Of a stretch of DNA of 64,000 nt, positions 62,732-64,000 are shown one piece after another. Location of the stretch: the NCBI GenBank assembly GCA_051013385.1, contig CP143273.1:128001-192000 (forward strand). The letters run 5' to 3'. The position numbers and the translations under genes were made by a program. The notes under the pieces were generated by a model that saw nothing but the letters and a program-made list of their open reading frames with translations, was not told the DNA's origin and did not search any database. This stretch comes from Phormidium sp. (lineage in GTDB: Bacteria > Cyanobacteriota > Cyanobacteriia > Cyanobacteriales > Aerosakkonemataceae). The stretch's first letter is position 1, and the number at the start of each line of letters is the position of its first letter.

Positions 62732-63302
62732 TCATTTAAGTTTTCCGTCTTTCCACTTTTCATATCGATAATAGTTATGTTCAACTTGAGCTAGCCAATC
62801 AATTCGAGATGAAGATTGCATTAAAATCAGTGAACCATCAGGACAGAGAATCTCCCTTTGTTTGACAATATTTTCGGTTTTAAAGGAGGTTATCGGTAAT
62901 TCTAAATCAATAAATACTCGACCATTAGGTTCTAAATGTTGAGCAAACGATCGCAATGCTTTGAGCGCAGCTGACCTATTTGCTAGTAACATAAATGAGC
63001 CGAATGTAACTATAATGGCATGAAATTTACCTGGAACATCAAGATTTTCAATTGACCCTTCGTACGTTGATTTGAGCAACTAAACAAAGATTTCCTGGGT
63101 GTTCTAAGTCTTGACTAATTGTTTCTTGTTCATCTTCGACAGTTGTAGTTACCTCTGCGGGTTCTGCCAATGTATAAAATCCCTCTTCAACAATGGAACG
63201 AAATAAGTGTAATGTCGCAGTTGCATCTGTTGGTGTAGCACTGCGAATGGTGACTTTGGTTCCATCGGCTAAAACGTGAGTTGAGGCTTCTAAATTTGCC
63301 AT
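62732..63302 (-). pseudogene. Adjoining fragments: GNAT N-terminus and methyltransferase middle
   Basis: DGTKVTIRSATPTDA..LCLVAQ (63302-63060) then F.AII..FGSF.LL...HLEPNGRVFID (63079-62732); both are incomplete. Confidence 0.6.
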
Positions 63303-63519
63303 TTTATTTTATTGATTGATAGGGTAGATTATTAGGAAGATAATTGTTAAAAGCAATCGCTTATTTAATTCTCTCAAATCTTTTTAGTGATCGCACAACA
63401 GGAAAAATTAATATTGTGTTTGAGCTTTTGATTGACAATTGTAGTATTGTGTAGCGTAGATGAACAAACACAAGCTATTTGCATCAGAGAATTTGCCTTG
63501 TGGTCAGGACTTGGAAGTA

Positions 63520-64000
63520 ATGACGATCGATCTCCGCCCCGCTACCCCCGCTGATTTGGAACTGCTACGACACTGGGATGAACAACCTCATGTGATTGCT
63601 TGTGATCCCAATGATGACTGGAACTGGGAAATAGAACTGGAACGCATACCTGAATGGAGGGAACAATTAATTGCTCAAATTGACGATCGACCGATTGGAT
63701 TTATCCAGATTATCGATCCAGCAAGGGAGGATAGTCGCTACTGGGGGAATGTGTCAGAGAATCAGCGTGCGATCGATATTTGGATTCCAGAAGAGAGCGA
63801 TTTGGGCAAAGGCTATGGAACAAAAATGATGCAGCTAGCACTGGCTCGATGTTTCGCCGATCCATTAGTGACGGCTGTACTGATCGATCCACTTGCGAGT
63901 AACACTCGTGCCCATCGCTTCTACGAACGCCTTGGCTTTCAATTTATCGAGTTGCAACAATTCGGTGATGATGAGTGCTTCGTTTATCGTTTGAATCGAG
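63520..64000 (+). CDS. GNAT N-acetyltransferase (AAC(6')-like fold), runs off the window
   Basis: MTIDLRPATPADL..RPIGFIQ..RAIDIWI..LGKGYGT..IDPLASNTRAHRFYERLGF; no stop before 64000. Confidence 0.85.
   Translation, partial: MTIDLRPATPADLELLRHWDEQPHVIACDPNDDWNWEIELERIPEWREQLIAQIDDRPIGFIQIIDPAREDSRYWGNVSENQRAIDIWIPEESDLGKGYGTKMMQLALARCFADPLVTAVLIDPLASNTRAHRFYERLGFQFIELQQFGDDECFVYRLNR

Overview
64 kb of a filamentous cyanobacterial chromosome. The assignment is inferred from abundant HIP1 GCGATCGC octamers, STRR-type tandem repeats, psb32/psb34/ndhD/petC and a GGM-tailed groEL. The standout locus (3521-9386) is a three-layer nest of mobile elements. An IS200/IS605 tnpB-only element has a group II intron inserted in the last codons of tnpB, inside the region expected to encode its guide (omega) RNA; removing the intron restores ...KQESPVTA* and the right-end hairpin. 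The intron is itself interrupted, about 27 nt from its 5' end, by an IS607 element whose TnpB has an atypical RuvC site (DxD in RuvC-I, D->G in RuvC-III, no zinc finger). The intron RT has lost its catalytic core. Other contents: a petC-paralog/sulfurtransferase/NifX-like/TrxB-like/rhodanese operon, a type II restriction-modification pair, rnpB with an STRR hairpin insertion, CIRCE-groEL2, a yybP-ykoY riboswitch before a TMEM165/GDT1 transporter, an unannotated psb34 with an HLR1 box, toxin-antitoxin cassettes headed by HIP1-bounded repeats, an IscB remnant sharing its end with the tnpB element, an ISL3-mediated rearrangement, a duplicated 13-bp inverted-repeat site bracketing part of an orphan gene next to an integrase remnant, and a 24-nt in-frame insertion into a HIP1 site. 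All calls come from reading the sequence and motifs; no searches were run.
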